64,000 nucleotides of DNA. Source: Dehalococcoidia bacterium. Lineage in GTDB: Bacteria > Chloroflexota > Dehalococcoidia > Lucifugimonadales > UBA3495. The DNA is taken from positions 577,804-641,803 of the forward strand of contig CBDBDN010000005.1 of NCBI GenBank assembly GCA_965203855.1. The letters run 5' to 3'. Positions 47,615 to 56,223 of the stretch are shown here, piece by piece. Numbering within the stretch: the stretch's first letter is position 1; each line of letters starts with the position of its first letter. A program made the translations under genes and the position numbers. Below the pieces are notes generated by a model. It searched no databases. It was not told the DNA's origin and saw nothing but the letters and a program-made list of their open reading frames with translations.

Positions 47615-48370
47615 ATGGACTACCGGACTTGTATGGACGATATGACACAAGCGCAAGCGCACGCCATTACTGATACCACCGCCAATGCCGCAGAGCCGGC
47701 CATGGCCGCCGCCGCGGTAGTCCGCGAATTCGGGCAGGGCGACAGCGCCGTGCGCGCCGTGAATGGCGTAACCCTCACCGTCGGGCGCGGCGAATTTGTC
47801 GCGCTGGTAGGCCGTTCCGGCTCCGGCAAAACCACGCTGCTCAACCTGCTTGCCGGCCTGGACCGCCCCACGCACGGCAAGATCTGGTTTGAGGGGCGGG
47901 ATCTGGCGGCGTTTTCCGAGCGCAATCTGGTAGAACTGCGGCGGAATAAAATCGGTTTCGTATTCCAGTCCTTTGGGCTGATACCGCTGCTGTCGGCCTT
48001 TGAGAATGTGGAGCTGCCGCTGCACATCGGCGGCGTGTCCTGGCGGGAACGCCGCCGCCGGGCCAACGACGCCTTGGCGATGGTGGGGCTAACCGGCCGC
48101 GCCGGACATCGCCCCTACGAACTTTCCGGCGGCGAGCAGCAGCGGGTTGCCATCGCCCGGTCCCTGGTCGCCGGCCCTGCGGCGCTGTTCGCCGACGAAC
48201 CCACCGGCGAGCTGGACAGCGTTACCGCCCTCAGCATCGGCGGCATAATGCGCGAAATCGTCGCCGAGCGCGGCGTTACCATCGTTGCCGCCACCCACGA
48301 CCTGATGCTCGCCGCTATGGCCGACCGTCGCCTCCAAATGGCCGATGGCGAAGTCATAGCGGAGGATTAA
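47615..48370 (+). CDS. ABC transporter ATP-binding protein 2 (MacB/LolD-like)
   Basis: Walker A GRSGSGKTT, signature LSGGEQQRV, Walker B ALFADEPT. Confidence 0.85.
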   Translation: MDYRTCMDDMTQAQAHAITDTTANAAEPAMAAAAVVREFGQGDSAVRAVNGVTLTVGRGEFVALVGRSGSGKTTLLNLLAGLDRPTHGKIWFEGRDLAAFSERNLVELRRNKIGFVFQSFGLIPLLSAFENVELPLHIGGVSWRERRRRANDALAMVGLTGRAGHRPYELSGGEQQRVAIARSLVAGPAALFADEPTGELDSVTALSIGGIMREIVAERGVTIVAATHDLMLAAMADRRLQMADGEVIAED

Positions 48371-48397
48371 CGCCATTCCCGGCCCTTACCCCGACTC

Positions 48398-48423
48398 TCT
48401 CCCATAATGATAGGGGGATTTTT
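48398..48423 (+). terminator. candidate intrinsic terminator after the ABC cluster
   Basis: CTCTCCC-ATAATGATA-GGGGGA (6 bp including one G-U pair) followed by TTTTT. Confidence 0.45.
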
Positions 48424-48536
48424 AGCGCTATTGCAATTGCGGCAAGTTGCCCGTACCCGGCCTGGTATGGTATGGTATATTTCGCAGTACGACAATTCAG
48501 CAATTCAACGCAATGTTTTGACATCAGGAGATTTGA

Positions 48537-48722
48537 ATGGCTTATGTAACGCCTCGCGAGGGCGAAACCCCGGAAAGCCTGGTGAACCGATTTCGCGCTT
48601 CAGTACAGCACGCCGGCGTCCTGCGCGAGCTGAAAGACCGGCGCTTTTTCCGCTCCAAGGCGCAGAAAGAACGGCTGGCCGCCCAGCGCGCTGCCCGCCG
48701 CCGCCGCCGCCAGCGCCGTTAG
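48537..48722 (+). CDS. rpsU: 30S ribosomal protein S21
   Basis: 61 aa. ESLVNRFRASVQHAGVLRELKDRRFFRSKAQKER with a basic tail. GGAG RBS. Confidence 0.9.
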   Translation: MAYVTPREGETPESLVNRFRASVQHAGVLRELKDRRFFRSKAQKERLAAQRAARRRRRQRR

Positions 48723-48764
48723 CCTACACGGGCCGCGTATTTTTTGGAGCGATTTGTCCATAAG

Positions 48765-48843
48765 TTCGTCATTCCGGCGAAAGCCGGAATCTAGGCGCGG
48801 TTTCTGGGCTTCGGGTTTCTCTGGAATGACGCCGGAATAATCG
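48765..48843. repeat. inverted pair of family-A units
   Basis: TTCGTCATTCCGGCGAAAGCCGGAATCT at 48765-48795 and CTGGAATGACGCCGGAATAATCG at 48821-48843. Confidence 0.75.
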
Positions 48844-49007
48844 CATCACGGCGTCGGCGCAGCGATAAATTGACCCGCTGTCGGGGCAGTGCTAAACTGC
48901 CTCTGCAATGTTTTGCGGCGCCGCGCAGCTACCCGTCAATGTGTCCGGCTAATGCGCCCGGCGCATCTTGCCGCATCCATCCATTCAGCAAGCCAGGAGG
49001 GACGGTT

Positions 49008-49358
49008 TTGCCTCGCTATGATTATCGGTGCACCGCGTGCGCCAACGAATTTGAGCTGGTGCAGACATTCAGCGAGGCCGGCAGCGGCGACTGCCCATTG
49101 TGCGGCGGAGCGGGACAGCGCGTTTTTCACGCCGTCCCGGTAATTTACAAGGGCAGCGGCTTTTACACTACCGACTACGGACGCCCCAAGCGTCCCGCCG
49201 AAAGCTCCGAAGGCGCCGAGACTGCCGCCCCATCGTCCAACGGCAGCAGCGAATCCGCAGCGGACGGATCCGGTTCCGCACCCGGCGGTTCCTCATCCGA
49301 TGGCGGAAGTTCCGAATCGCCGGCGCCGGCCGTCGCCGCAACGGCCAATTCGGACTAA
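49008..49358 (+). CDS. FmdB-family zinc-ribbon protein with a Ser/Gly-rich tail
   Basis: TTG start. PRYDYRCTACANEFELVQTFSEAGSGDCPLCGG (CxxC..CxxC) and YKGSGFYTTDY. Confidence 0.75.
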   Translation: MPRYDYRCTACANEFELVQTFSEAGSGDCPLCGGAGQRVFHAVPVIYKGSGFYTTDYGRPKRPAESSEGAETAAPSSNGSSESAADGSGSAPGGSSSDGGSSESPAPAVAATANSD

Positions 49359-49407
49359 TCCCCACCGCCCGCGCTAGTCAGCGTCAACGCCCGCGCTAAC
49401 CCGACCA

Positions 49408-49872
49408 ATGCGCGCCCTGCTGCAAAGGGTAACCTCCGCATCGGTCAGCATTGACGGGCAAACAGTCGGCAGCATCGGCCCCGGCTTGGCCGTCCTGCTG
49501 GGCATTGCCGCCGGCGACGATGCCGACGCCGCCCGCTACCTAGTGGACAAGACCGTCAATCTGCGGATCTTCGCCGACGCAGCCGGCCGGTTCAACCATT
49601 CCTTGGCCGACGTCGGCGGCGCGTTGCTGGTCGTATCCCAGTTCACGCTGTACGGGGATACCGGCCGGGGACGCCGCCCCGATTTCACGCAAGCCGCCGC
49701 CCCCGATGACGCCCGCCGCCTCTACGAGCTGGCCGTGTCAATGTTCCGAGAGACCGGGCTGAATGTAGCCACCGGAGAGTTCCAGGCATATATGCAGCTA
49801 CGGCTGGAAAACGACGGCCCGGTTACGCTGCTGCTGGACAGCGCCGACCGCAGCCGACCCCGGCGCAGCTGA
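49408..49872 (+). CDS. dtd: D-aminoacyl-tRNA deacylase
   Basis: MRALLQRV, GPGLAVLLGI and SQFTLYGD motifs. Confidence 0.9.
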   Translation: MRALLQRVTSASVSIDGQTVGSIGPGLAVLLGIAAGDDADAARYLVDKTVNLRIFADAAGRFNHSLADVGGALLVVSQFTLYGDTGRGRRPDFTQAAAPDDARRLYELAVSMFRETGLNVATGEFQAYMQLRLENDGPVTLLLDSADRSRPRRS

Positions 49873-49929
49873 ACCGTCTCCGCCGCTTATGGCGCCGGCG
49901 TCCGGCAGCGTAGCCGGATGCGCCGGAAA

Positions 49930-50865
49930 TTAGAACTCCTCTCCCGTAGCCCACGCCCGTATCAAGTGGTGGGCGATGGCGATAGGGCCGGGCACGGTCA
50001 GCTCCGAGCTGCGACCCTCTAACGCCAGCAGCACTTCCGCGCGGTCAAACCACCGCACATCGGTCATCTCCTCCTTGTCCATAGCGATGTCGGTGCTGTC
50101 GGCCTCAGCGATGCAGCCAATCATCAGCGATGACGGAAACGGCCAGGGCTGCGACGAATGGTAGCGCACATTCTTGACCCGTATGCCGGCTTCCTCCATC
50201 ACTTCACGCGCCACCGCTTCCTCAATGCATTCGCCCTGATCCATAAATCCGGCCAGGGCGGAATAGGCGCGCATCCGCTGCAACCGCCCCCGTGATTGCC
50301 CCAGCAGGCAGCGGTCGGCGGCCGTATCCACTACTACGGTGATGATTACCGGGTCGGTGCGCGGGAAGTGCTGCGCGCCGCAAGCGGGACACTGCCGCGA
50401 CTGCCCGCCGCGCTTTTTATCGGTAGGATGGCCGCACACGGAGCAAAAGCTGTGCCGCAGATTCCAATCCAGCTGCGCGCGCGCTTGCGACAGTATCCCG
50501 GCATTCGGCCCGGACATCCTTTCGCCGGCGGAACGGCAGTCTGTGAACTGCCATCCGGCGCCGTTCTGAACCCGCGCGGCGGCGGCCTCGTCTTTGGACA
50601 GGTCAACCGCAAAGTGGCAGACGCCGTCCAGAATGCCCAGAAAAATCCATTCCGCGCCGTCCGGCAGGGGATGCATTTCCGGGGCGCGGATCCAGCCCGG
50701 CTCCGGCGGGTCGGCGTCGGTCAGCAATACATTCAGATTGTGAAAAGGCAGGAACTTGCTGGCCGGGTCGGCGGCGGCGCGGGCAATCCATTCCGCATCG
50801 CGGCGTTCTACTTCGCCCCGATTCAACGGGTTGTCGGCAAAGATATGTGGCTTTCGCATCGGCAA
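49930..50865 (-). CDS. nudC: NAD+ diphosphatase (NudC-type Nudix hydrolase with a zinc ribbon)
   Basis: CSVCGHPTDKKRGGQSRQCPACG zinc ribbon plus the Nudix box GFMDQGECIEEAVAREVMEEAGI. Confidence 0.85.
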   Translation of the reverse strand: MPMRKPHIFADNPLNRGEVERRDAEWIARAAADPASKFLPFHNLNVLLTDADPPEPGWIRAPEMHPLPDGAEWIFLGILDGVCHFAVDLSKDEAAAARVQNGAGWQFTDCRSAGERMSGPNAGILSQARAQLDWNLRHSFCSVCGHPTDKKRGGQSRQCPACGAQHFPRTDPVIITVVVDTAADRCLLGQSRGRLQRMRAYSALAGFMDQGECIEEAVAREVMEEAGIRVKNVRYHSSQPWPFPSSLMIGCIAEADSTDIAMDKEEMTDVRWFDRAEVLLALEGRSSELTVPGPIAIAHHLIRAWATGEEF

Positions 50866-50870
50866 TTCAC

Positions 50871-51080
50871 CTACTGCGGGTTGGCATCACGGGTTGGCAT
50901 CGTTAAGCGGGCGGCATTCTGCCGTTGGACCAGCTGCGCGACGGTTTCAAGCATCTCCCGCTGAGCAGCCATAAATTGACGATGTTCGTCGTGGCGTTCC
51001 TGTTCCATTCGGAGGCGATCCTGGCCCTTGATGGCGCGTTCCTCCGCAGCATCGGCCTGTTGGCGTTCCCGGCTCAGCAT
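50871..51080 (-). CDS. small coiled-coil protein
   Basis: 69 aa. Strong AGGAGG RBS upstream of the ATG at 51080. The stop lies 5 nt before the nudC start. Confidence 0.45.
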   Translation of the reverse strand: MLSRERQQADAAEERAIKGQDRLRMEQERHDEHRQFMAAQREMLETVAQLVQRQNAARLTMPTRDANPQ

Positions 51081-51327
51081 AACGATGTTGTAACCTCCTA
51101 CTAAAGGTAGCGCAACCGGCGCCGATGCCCAGGCAGCGGGTCAAGACCGACAGGGTAATATAACTGGCGAAAACGCCGAGGTTGCCAGCCCGGTCAGGGC
51201 CGCCGCCATAGTGCAAGGCACACTGGAATAGTACCACACCGTCCAGGAACCGACGCTGTCGGCATTCTTTACATAATCTGCCGCAATGCGGTTATAGTCG
51301 GATTATCCCCATCACAGAGGCTCCGCT

Positions 51328-51720
51328 ATGGCGCGCGCTTACAGCCCCGGCATCCCCTGCCCGGAATGCGGCCCCAACTGGATGCCTAAAAAACGGCGCC
51401 TCCAAAGGCCGCCAAGTCTATCACGGCGGCAAACTGCAAACGCTATTACACCCAAAGGCGCCGCCGGCACCCGCCCCAGCGCCGCCGACCGAGAACAGTC
51501 CCTGGCGTTGCACGGGGAGCAGCGGCAGGATTTGCGGATTTGGACGGCGGTAGTTGAGGAAACCGACGGCTGCCGCGGGGCGGATACCGGAATACTCAGG
51601 CACCAGCTTTGAGGTAGGCGACCGCAGCGAAAATACCCTTCAGCGGCGGTACGCCCGCTTGCCGGAGGCGGAGCTGTACCGCAGCGACGCTTATGACACC
51701 AACCCCCTTGCCAAGCCGCT
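51328..51720 (+). mobile_element. possible decayed IS1-family transposase (InsA-like zinc-finger) remnant
   Basis: CPECG followed, across frameshifts, by KNGASKGRQVYH..CKRYYTPK, resembling the CxxC..NGK..Y.C..C finger of IS1-type InsA. No intact ORF and no terminal repeats identified. Confidence 0.3.
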
Positions 51721-52220
51721 TTAATGTGCTATTATAGCATTGTCAGGCAGCCAATCTCCGAGCCCACCAGTTTCCAGGTCGTTACGGTCATTCAGCATCC
51801 AAGTCGCACCGGCGTTCCCTACTCGCCCACGGTCCAACTAACCGAAGGAGTCGGGTCCTGCCAAGGCGCCAGACGTAGCGCCCCGTCCTCGGACGAAAAT
51901 CCAGCCGCGTGAAAAGCAACGCGCAAAACCTCCGGCCGTAGGGCTGAAACCGACCTGGAAACCACTAAACTCGGAAACCCGAACCCCGCTAGCAAGTTCA
52001 ATCAACCGCCTGACAACCTGCCTGACACCAGCCTGACAACCCCCATCCTGTACCAACGGAGGCACCGCCACCCCAGCAAAATCAACCCAGCGCCGCTGGC
52101 GCAGCCGGACGGACGGGAACCAATCCCGTCCCTCCCTGCCCATCGGCGTCAATACTCCCACGCTTACAACCGGCATCGCCAGGTTCGCCAGCAAGCCGCA
52201 CGATGCGCCCGCGCCGGATA

Positions 52221-52229
52221 TGCTAGAAT
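52221..52229 (+). promoter_or_regulatory. candidate extended -10 element upstream of metG
   Basis: TGCTAGAAT lies 63 nt before the metG TTG start. No convincing -35. Confidence 0.3.
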
Positions 52230-52291
52230 TAGCGGCATCTCGGCGGATTAGTCGATTTTAGCAAGAGCGCACCAGTGCAGAGAGGGCTGCT

Positions 52292-53983
52292 TTGTCGGAA
52301 CGAATTCTAATCGGCGTCGCCTGGCCTTACGCCAACGGCCCGCTCCATATGGGCCACATCGCCGGCTGCTACCTGGCCGCCGATATTTTCGCGCGCTACC
52401 ACCGCATGAAAGGCAACGCCGTCCTGATGGTGTCCGGCTCGGACGCCCACGGCACCCCCATCACCATCCGCGCCGACCAAGAAGGCGTATCCCCCGCCGT
52501 AATCCTGGAACGCTACCATCAGCAGTTCCTGGACACCTGGCAGCGACTGGGCATCACCTTTGACCTGTTCACCACCACGCATACCGCCAACCACCAGCAG
52601 GTTGTGCAGGACTTTTTCCTCCGCCTCCTGGATGCCGGCTACATCTACCCGGATATGATGCTGCTGGCCCACTGCGCCCGCTGCGTCCGTTTCCTGCCCG
52701 ACCGCTATGTTGAGGGAACCTGCCCCCACTGCCGCAGCGCCGGCGCCCGCGGCGACCAGTGCGACGCCTGCGGACGCACCCTTGACCCCATTGAACTGCT
52801 CAATCCCTACTGCAACATCTGCCAGGCCGAACCCGATTTCCGCGAATCGGAGCATTTTTTCCTGCGCCTCTCCGCATTTCAGGAACCATTGCTGGAATGG
52901 ATTGAAAGCAAAGCGCACTGGCGCCCCAATGTCGCCAACCAGACCGCCAGTTTCCTGCGCGGCGGCCTCAAAGACCGCGCCATCACCCGCGACCTTGCTT
53001 GGGGGGTGCCGGTGCCACTGGACGGGTACGACGCCAAGCGCATCTATGTCTGGTTTGAGGCCGTTATCGGCTACCTCTCCGCCGCCGTAGAATGGGCCGC
53101 CAATTCCGGCAGCGCCGACACTGACACCGACGGCAGCGGCTGGCAAGCCTACTGGAAAGATGACGCCGCCCGCTCCTACTATTTCATCGGCAAGGACAAC
53201 ATCCCCTTCCACAGCATCATCTGGCCGGCGATGCTGATGGGCTACGGCGGCCTCAACCTGCCTTACGACGTCCCCGCCAACGAATTCCTCAGCCTGGAAA
53301 GCCGCAAGTTCTCTACCAGCCAGAATTGGGCGCTGTGGGTGCCCGACTACCTGGACAACTACGACCCCGACCCGCTGCGCTATATGCTGTCCATCAATAT
53401 GCCGGAAAGCGGCGATACCGATTTCAGCTGGGCCGAATTCGTCCGCCGCAACAATGACGAACTCGTAGCCACCTGGGGCAATCTGGTCAACCGCGTGCTG
53501 CGGTTCACTTATCGCAATTTCGACGGCCAGGTTCCCGCCGTCGCCGCACCGCCGGGCGATGCCGAGGCCGAACTGCTGGCCGCCGCGCACCGGGCGATGG
53601 CGGCAGTGGACGACTGCATTTATCATACCCGCTTCCGGGCCGGCATCAGCGCCGCTTTCGGATTCGCCCAGGAAGTGAACCGCTACCTGGACGCCCGCGC
53701 GCCCTGGCTTTCCATCAAAACCGACCGCGCGGACGCCGCCGCCGCCCTTACCGCCGCAATCCAGGCTGTCAACTGCCTCAAAGTTATGCTGCAACCCTAC
53801 CTCCCGTTCACCGGCCAGCAAGTGCACGAGTTCTTGGGATTTGACGGCGACGCAATGGCCGAACCCTGGGACTGCGCCGCCCTGGCCGACGCTGTCAAAC
53901 CCGGCGCGCCGCTCCGCAATCCCGCCGCCCTGTACGCCAAGCTGGACCCGCCGGCCGCCGAACCCCCTGGCGACGACGCCTGA
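52292..53983 (+). CDS. metG: methionine--tRNA ligase
   Basis: AWPYANGPLHMGHIAG (HIGH), zinc knuckles CPHC..CDAC, and KFSTS (KMSKS variant). Confidence 0.95.
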   Translation: MSERILIGVAWPYANGPLHMGHIAGCYLAADIFARYHRMKGNAVLMVSGSDAHGTPITIRADQEGVSPAVILERYHQQFLDTWQRLGITFDLFTTTHTANHQQVVQDFFLRLLDAGYIYPDMMLLAHCARCVRFLPDRYVEGTCPHCRSAGARGDQCDACGRTLDPIELLNPYCNICQAEPDFRESEHFFLRLSAFQEPLLEWIESKAHWRPNVANQTASFLRGGLKDRAITRDLAWGVPVPLDGYDAKRIYVWFEAVIGYLSAAVEWAANSGSADTDTDGSGWQAYWKDDAARSYYFIGKDNIPFHSIIWPAMLMGYGGLNLPYDVPANEFLSLESRKFSTSQNWALWVPDYLDNYDPDPLRYMLSINMPESGDTDFSWAEFVRRNNDELVATWGNLVNRVLRFTYRNFDGQVPAVAAPPGDAEAELLAAAHRAMAAVDDCIYHTRFRAGISAAFGFAQEVNRYLDARAPWLSIKTDRADAAAALTAAIQAVNCLKVMLQPYLPFTGQQVHEFLGFDGDAMAEPWDCAALADAVKPGAPLRNPAALYAKLDPPAAEPPGDDA

Positions 53984-54058
53984 CCCGCGCGCCCGGCCCA
54001 TCGCCCCTGTCCATCGCCCCGGCTTTAGCCCCCCGTTTTTAGCAGAGGATATTGCACC

Positions 54059-55057
54059 GTGCCGCCCGGTTCCGACCTGGAAACCGTCTCTATCTACGCC
54101 CCGGTGGTTGACCAGCTGGCCGCGGTTGAGGAGCAGCTGCGGTCGGTTTGCCATACCGACATCGCCGACCTGAACCCGCTGCTGGACTATGCCCTCAGCT
54201 CCGCCGGCAAACGCGTGCGGCCGGCCCTGACGCTGCTCGCCGGCGGTTTTCACCAGCACGACGGCCAGCGCACCCGGATTATGGCCGCGGCGGTAGAACT
54301 CCTGCATCTCGCCACCCTGATCCACGATGACACCGTGGACAACGCCGGTATGCGGCGCGGCAAGCCCACCATCAACAAACTCTACGGCAGCCATGTGGCC
54401 GTCCTGCTCGGCGATTACCTGTTCGCTGCCTCTGCTACCTTTGTCTGCGACACCGGCGTAGTGCGCGTCATTCGCCGCTTTTCCGAAACCATTATGGAAC
54501 TGGCCAGCGGCCAGCTGATTGAGTTTTTCACCACTTTTGACCCCGCCAAAGCCCGGCGGCTCTACGATGAACGCATCTACCGCAAAACCGCCTCTCTGTT
54601 CTGCACCGCAGCCGAATCCGGCGCCGTCCTCAGCGGCGCGCCGGAACGCCAGGTTGCCGCCCTCCGCAACTACGGCTATCGCATCGGGATGGCCTTTCAG
54701 ATTGTGGACGACCTGCTGGACGTGCAGGGCAACGCCTCCGAACTGGGCAAGCCGGTGGGCAATGACCTGATGCAGGGCGTCCTTACGCTGCCGTCCATTA
54801 TGCTGCTGGAACGCTGCCCGGACGAACATCCCATTGACGCCCTGTTCGCCGCCATCAAGTCGGACGATGCCGCCGCCGCCGACCTGCTGAACCGCACCCT
54901 GGATATGATTGACGCTGCCGACATTATCCCGGACTGTTTCGCCGTAATCCGGGAGCATTGCGCCGCCGCCGCCGCCGCCCTGGACGCCCTCCCCGACTGC
55001 CCGCCCCGCCGTTCCCTATCCCAAATGGTGGACTACATCCGGGAACGCACGCGCTAA
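54059..55057 (+). CDS. polyprenyl diphosphate synthase (long-chain trans-IPPS)
   Basis: First DDxxD (LIHDDTVDN) and second (VDDLLD) aspartate-rich motifs. GTG start. Confidence 0.85.
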   Translation: MPPGSDLETVSIYAPVVDQLAAVEEQLRSVCHTDIADLNPLLDYALSSAGKRVRPALTLLAGGFHQHDGQRTRIMAAAVELLHLATLIHDDTVDNAGMRRGKPTINKLYGSHVAVLLGDYLFAASATFVCDTGVVRVIRRFSETIMELASGQLIEFFTTFDPAKARRLYDERIYRKTASLFCTAAESGAVLSGAPERQVAALRNYGYRIGMAFQIVDDLLDVQGNASELGKPVGNDLMQGVLTLPSIMLLERCPDEHPIDALFAAIKSDDAAAADLLNRTLDMIDAADIIPDCFAVIREHCAAAAAALDALPDCPPRRSLSQMVDYIRERTR

Positions 55058-55098
55058 AGCGTGCCGTCAAACGCGCTGCCGTTCCCGCGCCCAACGCC

Positions 55099-55387
55099 GC
55101 CATTCCGAACCCTTACAACCGCCATTCCGAACCCTTACAACCGTCATTCCGAACCCTTACAACCGTCATTCCGAACCCTTACAACCGTCATTCCGAACTC
55201 TTACAACCGTCATTCCGAACTCTTACAACCGCCATTCCGAACTCTTACAACCGCCATTCTGAACTCTTACAACCGCCATTCCGAACTCTTACAACCGTCA
55301 TTCCGAACTCTTACAACCGCCATTCCGAACCCTTACAACCGCCATTCCGAACCCTTACAACCGTCATTCCGGCGCAAGCCGAAATCC
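55099..55387. repeat. family-A tandem array, 12 units of 22 bp plus a terminal hairpin unit
   Basis: G(C/T)CATTCCGAAC(C/T)CTTACAACC repeated head to tail, ending GTCATTCCGGCGCAAGCCGAAATCC. Confidence 0.95.
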
Positions 55388-55525
55388 TGCCTATCCGTAT
55401 ATCCCCCGAAAGCCCAAAATCCCCGTCCACTCTGCCAGCAACGCCCGGCCAGCCTTATGGTACAATAGGAGCCGTCTAAAACTCGCAAGCGTTAGTACAG
55501 ACACTGCGCCAAAGGAGGCAGCATT

Positions 55526-56087
55526 ATGCTGAAAAAGATTGCCCTGGCAACCGCGGCCGCCAGCGGCCTTTTCGCCGTCATCGCCATCGGAATTCTGCCC
55601 CCCCCCCTCCGCTAAAGCTACCAGCTTGGGCGGTTACACTTATACCCTGCGGGTTTGCCAGGAGTACGGCCAGCAGCCCCGTTGGTACAATGTCCGCGAC
55701 GGCCAGTCCGCCTACAACGGCGGCAACAGCGACAGCGGCTGGCTCATTGTCCTGGAACACGGCAGCCATGTCGCAGCCGTAGCCGGCACGCCGGACCGCT
55801 ATGTAAGAAACGACGCCAGCGGCGATTATGTTTGGAACGGTTTCGGTAGCCGCTACATCCGGTTAACCGGCAATCGCTTCACCAGACACGGACCTGATGA
55901 TTACCGCTTGGATCCCGCCGGTAATCGCGTCAGAACCGCTACTACGCCTTGGAGCCCCGGCGACCCCACTCCTGCCGCGGATTTTTCCGCCTTTCTCTAC
56001 CGCTACGACCGCATCCCGGGCACCCCGGACACCCCCGCAAGAGGCGGCCAATACATCCGCTGGGCCCATATGGCCTGGTGCCGATAA
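55526..56087 (+). pseudogene. secreted hypothetical protein, paralog B, split by a C10 tract (frameshifted or phase-variable)
   Basis: The ATG at 55526 encodes the signal peptide MLKKIALATAAASGLFAVIAIGILPPP, then hits a stop. The mature domain (SAKATSLGGYTYTLRVCQEYGQQPRWY..YIRWAHMAWCR) continues in the next frame. A C9 tract would join the two frames. Confidence 0.6.
55598..55607. repeat. C10 homopolymer at the signal-peptide/mature-domain junction of paralog B
   Basis: Counted directly (ctg + 10 C + tcc). Confidence 0.95.
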
Positions 56088-56126
56088 CCCGACAATCGAG
56101 CGGGCCGCGTTTCCTTTCAAGGCGCG

Positions 56127-56223
56127 TCGTCATTCCGAACCCTTATAACCGTTCAAGGCGCGTCGTCAAATGCGCCGTCATTCCGAACCTTTATAACCGT
56201 CATTCCGGCTTGCGCCGGAATCC
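56127..56223. repeat. family-A units (two CGTCATTCCGAACC(C/T)TTATAACC half-sites plus a hairpin)
   Basis: Ends GTCATTCCGGCTTGCGCCGGAATCC. Confidence 0.8.

Noticed and set aside
52307-54958. 883-aa ORF antisense to metG and the polyprenyl synthase gene. Similar long antisense ORFs include 5398-7053 (opposite glmS), 35956-38244 (opposite permease 1), 40568-41680 and 15909-17225.
   Set aside because: Arg/Gly/Ala/Pro-rich, low-complexity translations lying opposite genes with clear conserved motifs. This is the typical stop-codon-poor antisense artefact of high-GC DNA.
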